64,000 bases of DNA from a virus (IMGVR_UViG_3300015207_000465:39410-103409); one strand, 5' to 3'; counted from the first letter of the stretch, positions 37,608-49,290 are shown. Translations and numbers: made by a program. The notes: generated by a model from the sequence alone, not told the origin.

Positions 37608-40351
37608 ATGAAAATAATCGCTAACATCTACTATGTAGGCCAAATCGTATTTTCAGCCGCCCTCGCAATATGGGCGTTATACATGGCACTGCGCGGCCTC
37701 TTTACTGGCGGCTCGCTATTCGTAACGTTCTGCTTCGCAGTAATGACATGCACAACCTATTGCCTCATGTACGTGCCAAGTGTACGCGAATACAAGGAGC
37801 ATAAGGCAAGACACAACAAAAAGGCACAGACCGAGCAAAAATGATTGAACCGCAGACCGGCATACAACAGGACGTTGACCGCGTGGAAATCAGCGACACC
37901 CTTATTGACTTGATTGTCGATAAGATGGTCGATGAAATGAATGACCGGATAGCCAAGATTGACCCACGCGATGACCCCTCGGCTGAATATGGCGAATACT
38001 GGACAAGCGGAAGCTATGATAGCGATGACTATTTAGAACTGGACGAGCCAAATGACGAATACTGCATCTCGTATAAGTTTGAGCTATCGTGGGAATACCG
38101 CGAATGGACTGAATACTGGACTGACCCAGTATGTTACCCATCGTTTGACGATATGCGGAACGAAACCGGCTACGTCTATGACATAGAAATCGACACCCCG
38201 GATGGCGATGCAGTCAAACAAAGTATCTGCGACGCTATCGCAAAGAAAGTAAACGAAAAAATCGGATAAACATGAGCCTATACAACCTTATCAATGGCGT
38301 TAATCCTGCCACGTTTTTCATCTTGCCCATGCTCGGCAAGCACCCGGATGAATATCCCAGATTCAGGGATTGCTTCGTAGGGGAAGAAGATACCATCGTC
38401 GTACTTACCCGCGTAGGCGGCGCAAACCGCAACACAGGCTATGGCGAAGACAAGATAATGGGACACCCCAATTTCATCAAGACTTACGATGATGATTTTG
38501 ATAACACCTACGGCTATTACGTCTATTCAGTGCCTGACCGCTGGCGCGAAGACTACAACAAAATCATCAATGGCAAAACGCTATTCGTATCGGAAGAATA
38601 CTTTAACGAGATGCTGCGCGTATGGCCTAACCTTGAAGACAAACTGCGGAACATGTTTCATCGCCCCAAAACCGAAGAGAAATGACGAAGCGTAAATCAT
38701 CTGCGGAAGCTGCTGCGGATTATGCCGCAAAGGACTACTATATCGCACAGCGTACCGACCTACTGAAATCCGCGTTTAACGCCGGCGCATCGTGGCTATT
38801 CAATAATCAATGGCACGACGTGTACGAAGAAGCACCGCCCAAATCCGGGCAATATCTCGTCATCTACCTTATGGATAAGGGCGAGAATGAACCGCCGGAA
38901 AAGCGATACGTTCAAGTGTTCGACATCCTTGTGTATTTCAAGGATAATGAAGACGAGGGCTTATTGCCGTGGGGATTAGAAGATGAATTTGAATACCTCG
39001 CAAACGCCATAACACATTGGGCGTTCATCCCCAAAACGCCACCTATAACAACGCTGGAGGATGGGCTTTATTTAGGCGAAGCAAAGCCTTACAATCCCGA
39101 AATGCACCGGCGTGATTACAATAACCTACCAGAAGAATATCAGAAATGAAACCTATAAAATTTACATGGACGCAGACCCGTGACCCGCATTTGGCATCAT
39201 TGGTCAAGACAGACCCGGAATTTGCGGAACGAGTCAGAAAGTCAATAACCAACCTTGAGAATTGGCTTGAAAAATGTGCCGACAAAGGCAACTGGGATGA
39301 AATTGAAATGTCAATCCCTTGCAATCAGATTGTCAACAATGACATCTTGATAAATGATGTCGGGAATGAAGACCGCATGTTTCTTTTCGTGGTACTGAAT
39401 AGCAAACCAATAGAAGAAATTATGAACAGCGTAGTCACGGAACATTATACGCATCTTGTCTATCTTGACTTGATGGACTCAATCAAAGGATAGATGGCAC
39501 GACTGGATGAAGAAAGGCAAAAAGCGTTAGAGCCAGAACGCATACGCCACGCAATCAAGAAAATCACCGCCCTCGGCTATGAAATAACCGCGCAGGATAA
39601 CACATCTATAAAGTTTATCCACAACGGCAAGACCGTGACATTTTACCCTTATAGCGGATGGGCTACCGGCGCAAGCATTAAAGATGGCAGGGGTTTGAAA
39701 CACTTACTATCACAACTGAAACTAATAACCAATAAACTATAAAACTATGGCAAATAAAGAAGACAAAGCCACGGGCGTTGAAATGCTCGGAAAGGCAGTT
39801 GAGGGCGAGGTCGATGTGACCGCCCTTGAAGAAGAAATCGCTAAACTCAAAAGCGAGAAAGCGGAAATGGAAAATCGCATCCAGCGCCTTACCAATGACC
39901 GCGACCAATACAGCAAATGGTGGGGCGAGGCAACCACGGAAAAGGAGCAACTCCGCGCCGTGGTAAAAGCCATCGCAGCCTACGCCAAGCTGGTGTGACA
40001 TGAGGATACGCCCGGATGTATTGCCGAGGGTGTATAGCCGGGCGTATCTATGCCTAAATCGTTTAATCAAAGACAAATATGGAAGCAAAAGCAATAATTC
40101 AAAAAGAGGAAGAGATGATGACCGATATTCGTGCCTTCATCCCCAAAATCGTAGGCATACGCCTTGAGGCGCAAAAGGCAACGGCGTGGCTGAAAAAGCA
40201 AAACGCGGAACTCGCTACCGCGTCAGAAGAAATGTTAGAGGCCATTGAAGCCTTATATCGCGCGGAAGCAGCCATGGGTAATGCTCATCAATACTTGTTA
40301 GTATCGCAGGCCACCCTCAAGAGCGGATGTTTCACGGAAAGCGCAACCTGA
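37608..40351 (+). CDS. Operon of small hypothetical early genes (37608-37844, 37841-38269, 38272-38685, 38682-39149, 39146-39493, 39494-39742, 39747-39998, 40079-40351)
   Basis: Tightly packed ATG ORFs. Confidence 0.6.
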
Positions 40352-40389
40352 TTTATGGCCGTGTGGAAAGAAATTACTACCTTTGCATT

Positions 40390-40508
40390 GTCATTCAAAG
40401 CTGCGAAGCCCATGGATGGCGCTCAATAAGTTTTCATACCTTATGAACTTATTGGGTTTTGATTACATCGCGCCCCGGAAGCATCCGCTACTGGGGCGCA
40501 CTTTTTTT
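40390..40508 (+). ncRNA. Candidate small RNA
   Basis: TACCTTTG promoter at 40378, internal hairpin, GC-rich terminator 40470-40499 plus T7; no substantial ORF. Confidence 0.45.
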
Positions 40509-40739
40509 AGGCTGGGATGCGGTCAAATACAATCCGAATAGCCATAAAATAGCCATAGCCACGGCAAGACTACTAATAAGGATAAATCTATCATCAAGAC
40601 GCAACATTATAGCAGACGCACCAAAATTGACGCTATAAGCATTTACTTTAACCGCGCTTTTGTCGCTATTAAAGCAATGCCTTTTATTATATTAATAAGG
40701 TGTAAGGGTACATAAAGTATCTACTTTTATTAATAAGTG

Positions 40740-40828
40740 TTAAAAATAAGCGTTTACTTTAATTTTGTGGTCTAAAAATTTGGTGGATTAAATTATTCGC
40801 TTTAACTTTGCTGACGTAATCAAAACCC
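40740..40828 (+). promoter_or_regulatory. Repeated early promoter cassette (copy upstream of amidoligase)
   Basis: TTTGGTGGATTAAATTATTCGCTTTAACTTTG...CGTAATCAAAAC. Confidence 0.7.
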
Positions 40829-40859
40829 CAATACATCAACCCACAAAAACCCATAAGTT

Positions 40860-41729
40860 ATGAAGACCCTTAACGACGAAATCAACGAAATCAAAATCGC
40901 TAACAATAGCAAGGCGGCCAAGAAAGCCGCCCTCGCAAAACTGGGCATCACGCCCTACGAAATCGACATCATTCTTGAGGGTGTTGAATGTGCCACCCGT
41001 GGTCGCTTCACCTTTGGCGTAGAAATGGAGTGCTTCGTCAACCGAGGCGCAATCAGAAACGCCGCAGAACGCACTGGTATGGCCTACGAATACGAGGGCT
41101 ACAACCACCGCGACGGTCACGACTACTTTAAGTTTGTATCAGACGGCTCGGTGCGCGGTCTGGCTGACCCCATTGAATGTGTGTCGCCGGTGTTGGCTGG
41201 CACAAACGGCAAGCGCACACTGAAAGCCGCTTGCAAGACGCTGAACACCGCAAACGCCCGCGTAAACAGCACATGCGGTTTGCACGTACACATCGGCGCA
41301 GCCAATCTGACCGGCAAGCAGTTTGCCAACGTGTTTGCCAACTATGCGATGCTTGAGGCAGTCATCGACACCTTTATGTCGCCCTCACGTCGCAACAACG
41401 AATATGCCGCAAGCATACAGTCACAGGTCAGATACCTTATGCCGGCCAATAGCGTAGGCGAGGTGCAAAGAGCCTTACGTGACAACCGCTACTGGAAAAT
41501 CAACCCCATGGCATACAACCGCCATAAGACGATTGAATTTAGGCAGCACGCCGGCACGACCAACTACGACAAAATCATCAACTGGGTCACTTTCTGCGGC
41601 AAGCTCGTCATCTGGTCAAAGAAAAACCGCCTGACCGCCCCGGTTGCAAGCATCGACGAGATACCCTTTCTGAACGCTGACGAAAAAGCCTTTTTCAAGG
41701 CACGTGCCAATCAGTTTGCAAGCCGTTAA
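40860..41729 (+). CDS. Putative amidoligase (COOH-NH2 ligase)
   Basis: FTFGVEME, DGSV, E.VSPVL, CGLHVHIG, TIEFRQH. Confidence 0.88.
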   Translation: MKTLNDEINEIKIANNSKAAKKAALAKLGITPYEIDIILEGVECATRGRFTFGVEMECFVNRGAIRNAAERTGMAYEYEGYNHRDGHDYFKFVSDGSVRGLADPIECVSPVLAGTNGKRTLKAACKTLNTANARVNSTCGLHVHIGAANLTGKQFANVFANYAMLEAVIDTFMSPSRRNNEYAASIQSQVRYLMPANSVGEVQRALRDNRYWKINPMAYNRHKTIEFRQHAGTTNYDKIINWVTFCGKLVIWSKKNRLTAPVASIDEIPFLNADEKAFFKARANQFASR

Positions 41730-41820
41730 ACCGCCTATCGTGTTAGGGGTTGAAACATACCCCTAACACCCCTTAAATAACCCCTACAATCAATCAACAA
41801 CCGCAAAATAGATATACACC

Positions 41821-42399
41821 ATGTGCGTCATCATAGTTAAGCCGGCAGGCGTAAAAATGCCCTCAAACGAAATCATCAACGCAGCCTACAACGCTAACCC
41901 CCACGGATGCGGCATCGTATCGCCGTCAGCCTTTTACAAGGGTCTGAGCTATCGTAGCTTCAAAAAGTGCCTTAAACAAGTCAGCCAAGACGAGCCGTGC
42001 ATCATACACTTTCGCCTTGCTACCCATGGCTCAATCAAGCAGGCGAATTGCCACCCCTTTCGCCGTGGCGATGTATGGTTTGCACATAACGGAATATTAG
42101 ACATCAGACCGGTGGGCGACATGACCGACAGTGAAACCGCCCTACAAAATATCATCTACCCGGCTATCGTCAAGTATGGCTATGGCTCTGACGGCATGGA
42201 TTTAGCCGTCGCCAAGGTCATAGGCTATTCAAAATTTGCCTTTCTGCAAGGCGATGATGTGCGTCTTTATGGCGATTTCATCAAGTCTGACGATGGATGT
42301 TACTACTCAAATTTACGCTTCATGCCTTATGTGGGCTGGCATCGGAATTACCGTAACTCAGCCAACAAAATGGGGTCTTTGATTACAACCGGGCGATAG
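41821..42399 (+). CDS. Class II (Ntn) glutamine amidotransferase
   Basis: N-terminal MC, NPHG.G, HFRLATHG, NCHPF, HNG, TDSE. Confidence 0.88.
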   Translation: MCVIIVKPAGVKMPSNEIINAAYNANPHGCGIVSPSAFYKGLSYRSFKKCLKQVSQDEPCIIHFRLATHGSIKQANCHPFRRGDVWFAHNGILDIRPVGDMTDSETALQNIIYPAIVKYGYGSDGMDLAVAKVIGYSKFAFLQGDDVRLYGDFIKSDDGCYYSNLRFMPYVGWHRNYRNSANKMGSLITTGR

Positions 42400-42423
42400 C
42401 CCAACGCCCTAACAGGGCGAAAA

Positions 42424-42449
42424 GTACGACAATGAAATATAAGTCGTAA
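42424..42449 (+). promoter_or_regulatory. TACGAC-N12-GTCGT palindrome (copy 3), upstream of tail-tip operon
   Basis: GTACGAC-aatgaaatataa-GTCGTAA. Confidence 0.65.
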
Positions 42450-42504
42450 TTAAGCGAGGTCAGTTTAAGCCGGCCTCGCTTTCGTTTTATGACCTTTGCG
42501 TATT

Positions 42505-45500
42505 ATGCTGACCATCTACGATAACAAAGGCGTAAAACGCTTTGAAACGCCAATTAACAAAGGCTCTAAACGTGTCTTCAAGTTAATGGCAGACGACTAT
42601 GTGACGCTAATTTTCAGCGTCGCAAAACCTATCTATTTCAAGTTAGGCGATTATTGCGACATACCCGGATTTGGTAGGTTTGAACTTGTATCGCCTTATA
42701 AGCCGGTCTACAATCGTGCAACCAATGGCTATGACTACGAGTTAAGGCTGGATGCGCAACACATGAAATGGCGCAATAAAATCATGCGCTATCTGCCCAA
42801 GACCGGAGGTGCTGAATGTGCGTGGTCACTGACTGCGACCGCCGACGTGCATTTGGCACAGGTGCTTGAGAATATTGAAGCTCTGGTAACTGAAACGCTT
42901 ATGAATGGCGATAAGGTTATCAATCAGCGATATTTATACAATGGCGCGACGAAATGGGCCACGTTGATAGATGGCAGCGTGGAGGCATCGGCAAAGACAA
43001 TCAGCTACGACAGCACAAACATAATCGACGCACTTACGGCAATCGCGGAAGCATTTGAATGTGAGTGGTGGCTGAATGGCAATATCATCTGCCTCGGAAA
43101 ATGCGAAGAAACCAACGAATACGTTGACCTTGAAATCGGCATAAACGTAGCCGAGATGTCAAGAAGTGACTCGTCGGAAGACTATGTGACGCGCATCTTG
43201 GCGTTTGGCAGTGAGCGCAACATATCGCCCAGATACCGCAAAGACCTCCTTTTTGATGTCAAGGAAATAGCCAATGGCGGCAATCGTGTCAGCGATACAA
43301 GCCGACCGCTGGAGGCTGAATGGTTTGCATCTTCTATGGTGGAAACATCGTCAAGCGACAATACCCTCAAGCGCGTCAAGGGCATCACGATTGAAATCAT
43401 CGACTCCACCGGTGCGGTCACGACCACGCTGAATGGCGTTATTTACAACCCGGACTATAAGAGCGGAATATCGGATAAGAACTGGCTTCAACTGCCGAAT
43501 GGCGCAGTCATGCAAGCCGGTCAGCGTTTCCGCATCAAGAATATCATTGAAAGCAAGGTCAAATCAAGCTATTTTTCCAGCCGTTACTCCGCTTATGATG
43601 ATATTTCCAATGTGGTGCGCAACGGCATCGTGACAAGCCGATTGATGCTCCCTGTGTCGCACGGAACGCCCTATATCGACTATAAGCCGGGGCTGTCCAT
43701 GGAAGAAGGCGTGGAAGATGTCGTTGTATTTGAAGATGTCTATCCACGTGCAGTTTGCGCCATCACAAAGATTGATACCGTGCAGCGCAAAGAAACCATC
43801 CAGAACGATGACGGAACGACAACCGAAACGACCTTTACCGCTTACAAAATCAAGGATGATTTCTTCACGTCTGCGCATCCCTTTGAAAATGATTACATCG
43901 TACCCAATGAAACGCTCAAGATAACATTCCAAGACGGAAAGCGATATAAAGAGGGCGATGTCATCCCGGATGGTAAGAAAGTGGGCGACCTTATCAATCC
44001 TGAAAGCGGAAAGCTGAACGGATGGACTTTTGAGGTGCAATTCACCAAAGACAAGGATGGCTCGGCTATCTGGGAAATAGTCAGGGATAACGAGGTCTTC
44101 ATACCGAATGAAATCCTATGCCCTGAAATCGGCGACCAGTTTGTGCTGACCGGCTTTGATATATCGGTTGTCGATGACCTTTATGTGGAAGAAGCGGAAA
44201 AGGAGCTGCTTGACAAGGCGACCAAATACCTTGAAAAGCTAAACACCGACCCATCTACATACGATTGCACAATGATGCCCGACGTAATGAAAGCCGGGCT
44301 GACCCTCGGACTCGGAAAGCGCGTCAATCTAATCAACGATGCGTTCATTGAAACCACCACCGACGCAAACGGAAGAAAGTGGGGTCGCAAGAGCCGTGTC
44401 ATTGGCTATGAAATTCCCCTTGATATTCCGTATGACAATCCCGTCTACACCATTGGTGAAAAGGCGGCATATTCCCGCTTTGGTGAAATTGAAGACAAAA
44501 TCGACGCACTGAAATTCTCCATGACCGCAGGCAAGAATTACCTTGGCGGTTACTATTCCGATGGGTCTTCATCATCCAATGGCGGCATCTACGTCATCAA
44601 GCAGACCGACATCACGCCGGCAAGCGAAATCAACGTATTCTCGGCACTGCGCAGCTACCTTGAATTTACATCCAAAAAGGCAAAGGAAATCATCAATTAC
44701 CTTTGGACTTTTATGCAGGGCATCCGCGTAGGCAACTATGTGATGAATAACGATGGCGCGAAGATTGACCCCAATGGCGATGCGGAATTTAACGATGTCG
44801 TAATCCGCAAGGGTGCATCGGTAGGTACTGACCTTAATGTTGGCGGTGATGCTACTGTTGGGAACGAGCTAACTGTCAAAAAAGGCGTGACCATCGGCGA
44901 CTACTATCAGCCGGGTGCGTATGGTGGTCGCATCTGGATTGATGGCCTTGGAAAAGTACACATTGAAACCGACTATCTTGATGCAAGGGAGAAGATTGAA
45001 GCCAAAGAGGTGGAAATTCAGGAAGAAACCCACGTCGGTGGCTGTCAGATTATATCCCCGGCGGCTATGCGCTGCTCAAGGGTAATTCCAATATACAATG
45101 ATGCCAACAGCGTTGTTGCTTATAAATGTTTCTTCACTGCGGAAGATGAAACCGGCACTCAGATTTTCAACCAGTTTGAGGTCGGTGACTTGGCTAAATG
45201 CGAAACATTCAACCTGACCAAGCAGCCAAACGGAAAGATGGGCAACCATTATTATTGGCGCAAGGTTACGGAGGTCGGCTACGTCAACAAGGGCGATGCT
45301 GATTACGATGACGATTTCGGTATGGAGGGTTATATTGTTGTTTCCAACTTGCCGAAAGAAAAAGATACGGGCAGCGATGCTCCTTTGGCCGGCGACCGCA
45401 TTATTACCGTCGGCAACGATGACCCGGCAAAGGCAGACCGCTCCAATCTTATCATCCTTGCAAGCTACGGAAGCGGAAGCCCCTACATCTATCAGTATAA

Positions 45501-48500
45501 GGGCATCAACACCTTTGCGCTGACGAAAGACAATCTCAAGGTGGCAATATCACCCAACGGCAACCTTTTCACCGGTAAATTCGTCATTGAGAACGGAACG
45601 GAAGAAGTTGATGTCGTTGACTACATTGAAAACAACATCTATCTTGAGGCATATCAGCTTGTACTTTCCAACGAGATGGCCGGTGTGCCTTGCGATGTCA
45701 ACGGCAATATTATCGGCGACCTGCCAAGTTCAAAGATTACAGTCTTTAAGGGCAAGACCGTTGAAACCGACTGGACTCTTTCATCGGAAGCCATCGGCTG
45801 TAAGGCATCCATCGTTTCTGACCATGTATATCTATCGGAATTGACCGACAAGAACGCCACGGTCACGATTACAGCCACAAAGAAAGACTGCCCCACGCTG
45901 ACAAAGGTAATGACCATCTGCAAGCTCAAAGAGGGCGAAGCGGGCGTTTCCGGCGACCACGCAGTGCAGTTTGAGATTGAGCCTGACAAGCCCATGGTGC
46001 TTGCCGACATGGATGGCGTGTGCGACCCCGCCAACCTTGGGTGTAAGGTCTACATGGTTATCGGCAATCAAAACCGCGTTGAGGTTCCACTTGCCAACAC
46101 TGCGGCCATCACGACCTACAAGGCAGGCGATAAATTGCTTTTCTTCAACGGCAGATTGTTTGTCAGCCGACCCGTTGAAGTTGATGTTCCCACCGACCTT
46201 GTTTTGCGTTACGTCATCGTCAACCAAGACTATGTTACCGATGAAACAACCGGCAAGGTGTCGCCAGTTATAACGTCGGAAACAGAGCATATCTATACCG
46301 GCAAGGCTATTGAGATGTCGGCAAGGATGAAACACATCATCTTCAAACTATATCGTGGAAACACACTTATCGACATGCAGACCGTTGTTGTGACTACCGA
46401 CGCATCTGCGATGAAAGTGGTGTATGATACGCGCTTTGAGGTCAATGAAAAGGAAATCTTTGCCCATGCAAGCCGAATATCGCAGACGGAAAAGGATATT
46501 GCCGAGTTGCGCATTACGGCAGATGGCATTTCCGCGAACATCGGCAAACAGATGGGCATCATTCAGGACATCATCAATGGCGCAGGGCGAAATCTTCTCT
46601 TGAAGACCAACTCGGCAGGTGTATGGAAATACGCATCCGACAGTATGTCTAACGCATCGACCATAGGTCTTCTGAACAATCCCAACAACGCCACCAATTT
46701 CTATGTAGCACCACGCACCGACTCCACATACGAGATATTCTACTATCCCATTCGCCCGGAACTGATAAAACAGGGCGAAAAGTACACGTTCACGGTCAAC
46801 ATCAAGAATAAGACCAATTCGGTGTCTGACGTTCTTGAGTTTTACGCAGTGATAGCAAACACCAACTCGTCTGTACAACTGACGAAAACGGCATACTTTG
46901 ACGTGGTTGTAGGAAATGGCGAGTACCGATTGACCGTTGAACTTGAAGCCAGCGCAACGGGAACAAAGACCGGTACTCAAGTGCTGATTTTGGGTATTGT
47001 GCCGGCAAGAATAAACACATGGACTGCCATCTCGCTTTGGCATCCCAAACTTGAAAAGGGGTCAACAGCCACCGCATATTCCGAAGCACCGGAAGACCGC
47101 GAGGATTACCTTTATGCCGAGCTGAACACCAAAATCGACGTTACGGCAGAGGGGTTGCGGTCAGAGGTTACAAAGAAGATTGGTGAGTCGGAAGATAGGA
47201 TTAACGCTGAACATAAATCCCTTATCCAGCAATCAGCCGATGAAATTCTTGCACAGGTGGAAGCATGGGATGACGAACTTGGCGCAAGTATATCGGAAAT
47301 ACGTCAGACCGCAAACAGCATCAGCCTTAAAGTGCAAGAGCTTGCCGGCTACGAAAACCTTGTGACTGGAAATAGAACTGGAACTGGTTGGCTTTTACAA
47401 GACTATACCACTGGTGAATTTGTAGACACCACCCCAGACGAGAATGGTCAATACATAATAGCCGTTGGTGATACGTCGGAAAGAAGATTGCGTACATCTC
47501 TTTTCAATCTTCAAGCAAATACCAAATACACCCTTTCGTTTGTGCGTGGTAGTATAAATGCTAACACGAGTGGCTTTGCCATTGAAATAAAATATGGGGA
47601 TGCAGGAACTATTTTGCATAGCAAAACATTCCTTGCTAATGCAATGGTGAATGAAATCCGCGAAACGCTGACTTTCACAACTGGAGATAGTGTGGTAGAG
47701 AACGCTTTCATCGACTTTATCCATCGTGGAAATCGCCCCAACGTGCAAATGTCAACCATGATGCGCATATCGCAAGTAATTCTTGAGATAGGCGAAATCG
47801 CACACCCTTATGTGGAAGACGCGACAGGTTTGTTGGCGACAGGTATTGATATTATCAATAGGAAGATTGTATTCACATCCGACAATATCATATTCCGAAA
47901 CAACAAGGGCGAGCAGTCTATGTTCATAGACAAGGATGGTCGTATCCTTGCAAAATTTATCAATGTAGAAGAGTTGCACGTAGACCATCTTATCGCCGGT
48001 GATGAAGATGGCGAATGTGTGGAAATAGACCCCGTTCAGAAAGCTATCTACATCTATGACATTAACCATGAGCTTTGCACGACCATAAACGGTGAAGCGC
48101 ATCCCGGTGGTATCAATGAAATTTACAAGGAAGTTACAGGTGGCTCAATAGACCTCTATACAGCTATAAATGGCAACCAAATATCAAATGGCGGTTTTAG
48201 CTTTTACGGAGATAATTCAGGCATAGAAAAATCGCAGAATTATAAGGTATATTCCAAATCATGGCCGGCAGATGCCGCACCTATTGTTGAATTTAGTCAA
48301 GGCCGTATCTATTGCCACGCATACGCCCCCGGTTTTTACAAGCAAAGGAAAGATAATTTATCATACGGTGCTGATACAATCGTCAGCATGGAAGATATGA
48401 GGCCATATTTCGCATCGGTCTATGTATCGGTTTGTCTGGAGGTTGCGGATGATGAGAATTTCACCCAAAATGTAAAAACTTTCGGCATACATAATACGGG

Positions 48501-49290
48501 AGTGGGCGCAGATTCCGGGTTGAAAGATCCGACAAATATCTACGAGGGTCAATATTGGTACGAACCCGATGACCGCAACAACATCCGCGATTACGACCCA
48601 GCATATTCCCTGATGGATAATAGACGAGTTAAGGCTACGAAAAAAGGTTATTGCAGAATTGTGATGACTATCAATTTCCAAGCAAAGGGCTATAGAAGTT
48701 ATGCGGAAGTAAAGTGGGGGTCTAATCATAGCGGCAGCAAAAATCTTGCAGCATCATGGAGTGGCGAGTTCTATGTCAGCAATTTCTTTGCCAATGGATA
48801 CTGTCTTGGTATTTCCAAAAATCAGTATGTGACGGCTTACAAGGACAAGAACGACCACATGCACTTTGAAGTGGAGGATGTCAAGTACGGAATAAAAATA
48901 TCAGACGATGGTATAAAGATTAAGCATCACAGCGGCAATTTTATGCCGATGCCGTTGCTTGTGTATCGCGCCAATATTTATTACACATCATCCTCTAATA
49001 CATACGGATCATCTAAGTCTACATCCTTTGACGGAAACTACCCGACCATTTCAAAGGTTGGGGATAACGCCGGGCTTGTGCGCATTAAATTCCCTGATGC
49101 GTGGAGTGCTTTGTCGCTATCCGAAAATAACACCATTGTTCACATAGAGGGATGGTCGAGAGCGTCAAAAAGCACATTCCGGATGAAAGGTAGTATCCGT
49201 AGTATATCAAATACGGAAATAAAAGTTGAAATATCCGATGACGCATCAGCTAACGATGGCGATTTTACCATTGAAATTTATGTAATCTAA
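42505..49290 (+). CDS. Large tail-tip / host-specificity protein
   Basis: ~2260 aa; TRILAFGSERN, V.FEDVYP, SRVIGYE..LD.PYD.P.Y.IGE; TADGI/GRNLL and KLEKG..AT.YS.APED modules typical of phage tail proteins. Confidence 0.8.
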   Translation: MLTIYDNKGVKRFETPINKGSKRVFKLMADDYVTLIFSVAKPIYFKLGDYCDIPGFGRFELVSPYKPVYNRATNGYDYELRLDAQHMKWRNKIMRYLPKTGGAECAWSLTATADVHLAQVLENIEALVTETLMNGDKVINQRYLYNGATKWATLIDGSVEASAKTISYDSTNIIDALTAIAEAFECEWWLNGNIICLGKCEETNEYVDLEIGINVAEMSRSDSSEDYVTRILAFGSERNISPRYRKDLLFDVKEIANGGNRVSDTSRPLEAEWFASSMVETSSSDNTLKRVKGITIEIIDSTGAVTTTLNGVIYNPDYKSGISDKNWLQLPNGAVMQAGQRFRIKNIIESKVKSSYFSSRYSAYDDISNVVRNGIVTSRLMLPVSHGTPYIDYKPGLSMEEGVEDVVVFEDVYPRAVCAITKIDTVQRKETIQNDDGTTTETTFTAYKIKDDFFTSAHPFENDYIVPNETLKITFQDGKRYKEGDVIPDGKKVGDLINPESGKLNGWTFEVQFTKDKDGSAIWEIVRDNEVFIPNEILCPEIGDQFVLTGFDISVVDDLYVEEAEKELLDKATKYLEKLNTDPSTYDCTMMPDVMKAGLTLGLGKRVNLINDAFIETTTDANGRKWGRKSRVIGYEIPLDIPYDNPVYTIGEKAAYSRFGEIEDKIDALKFSMTAGKNYLGGYYSDGSSSSNGGIYVIKQTDITPASEINVFSALRSYLEFTSKKAKEIINYLWTFMQGIRVGNYVMNNDGAKIDPNGDAEFNDVVIRKGASVGTDLNVGGDATVGNELTVKKGVTIGDYYQPGAYGGRIWIDGLGKVHIETDYLDAREKIEAKEVEIQEETHVGGCQIISPAAMRCSRVIPIYNDANSVVAYKCFFTAEDETGTQIFNQFEVGDLAKCETFNLTKQPNGKMGNHYYWRKVTEVGYVNKGDADYDDDFGMEGYIVVSNLPKEKDTGSDAPLAGDRIITVGNDDPAKADRSNLIILASYGSGSPYIYQYKGINTFALTKDNLKVAISPNGNLFTGKFVIENGTEEVDVVDYIENNIYLEAYQLVLSNEMAGVPCDVNGNIIGDLPSSKITVFKGKTVETDWTLSSEAIGCKASIVSDHVYLSELTDKNATVTITATKKDCPTLTKVMTICKLKEGEAGVSGDHAVQFEIEPDKPMVLADMDGVCDPANLGCKVYMVIGNQNRVEVPLANTAAITTYKAGDKLLFFNGRLFVSRPVEVDVPTDLVLRYVIVNQDYVTDETTGKVSPVITSETEHIYTGKAIEMSARMKHIIFKLYRGNTLIDMQTVVVTTDASAMKVVYDTRFEVNEKEIFAHASRISQTEKDIAELRITADGISANIGKQMGIIQDIINGAGRNLLLKTNSAGVWKYASDSMSNASTIGLLNNPNNATNFYVAPRTDSTYEIFYYPIRPELIKQGEKYTFTVNIKNKTNSVSDVLEFYAVIANTNSSVQLTKTAYFDVVVGNGEYRLTVELEASATGTKTGTQVLILGIVPARINTWTAISLWHPKLEKGSTATAYSEAPEDREDYLYAELNTKIDVTAEGLRSEVTKKIGESEDRINAEHKSLIQQSADEILAQVEAWDDELGASISEIRQTANSISLKVQELAGYENLVTGNRTGTGWLLQDYTTGEFVDTTPDENGQYIIAVGDTSERRLRTSLFNLQANTKYTLSFVRGSINANTSGFAIEIKYGDAGTILHSKTFLANAMVNEIRETLTFTTGDSVVENAFIDFIHRGNRPNVQMSTMMRISQVILEIGEIAHPYVEDATGLLATGIDIINRKIVFTSDNIIFRNNKGEQSMFIDKDGRILAKFINVEELHVDHLIAGDEDGECVEIDPVQKAIYIYDINHELCTTINGEAHPGGINEIYKEVTGGSIDLYTAINGNQISNGGFSFYGDNSGIEKSQNYKVYSKSWPADAAPIVEFSQGRIYCHAYAPGFYKQRKDNLSYGADTIVSMEDMRPYFASVYVSVCLEVADDENFTQNVKTFGIHNTGVGADSGLKDPTNIYEGQYWYEPDDRNNIRDYDPAYSLMDNRRVKATKKGYCRIVMTINFQAKGYRSYAEVKWGSNHSGSKNLAASWSGEFYVSNFFANGYCLGISKNQYVTAYKDKNDHMHFEVEDVKYGIKISDDGIKIKHHSGNFMPMPLLVYRANIYYTSSSNTYGSSKSTSFDGNYPTISKVGDNAGLVRIKFPDAWSALSLSENNTIVHIEGWSRASKSTFRMKGSIRSISNTEIKVEISDDASANDGDFTIEIYVI

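Noticed and set aside
26676-48632. Other GAGTTA hexamers (about 26676, 42739, 48626)
   Set aside because: They are internal to long genes, either out of frame with short ORFs or an ordinary Val codon. A hexamer is expected repeatedly by chance, so only copies at gene 5' boundaries were counted.
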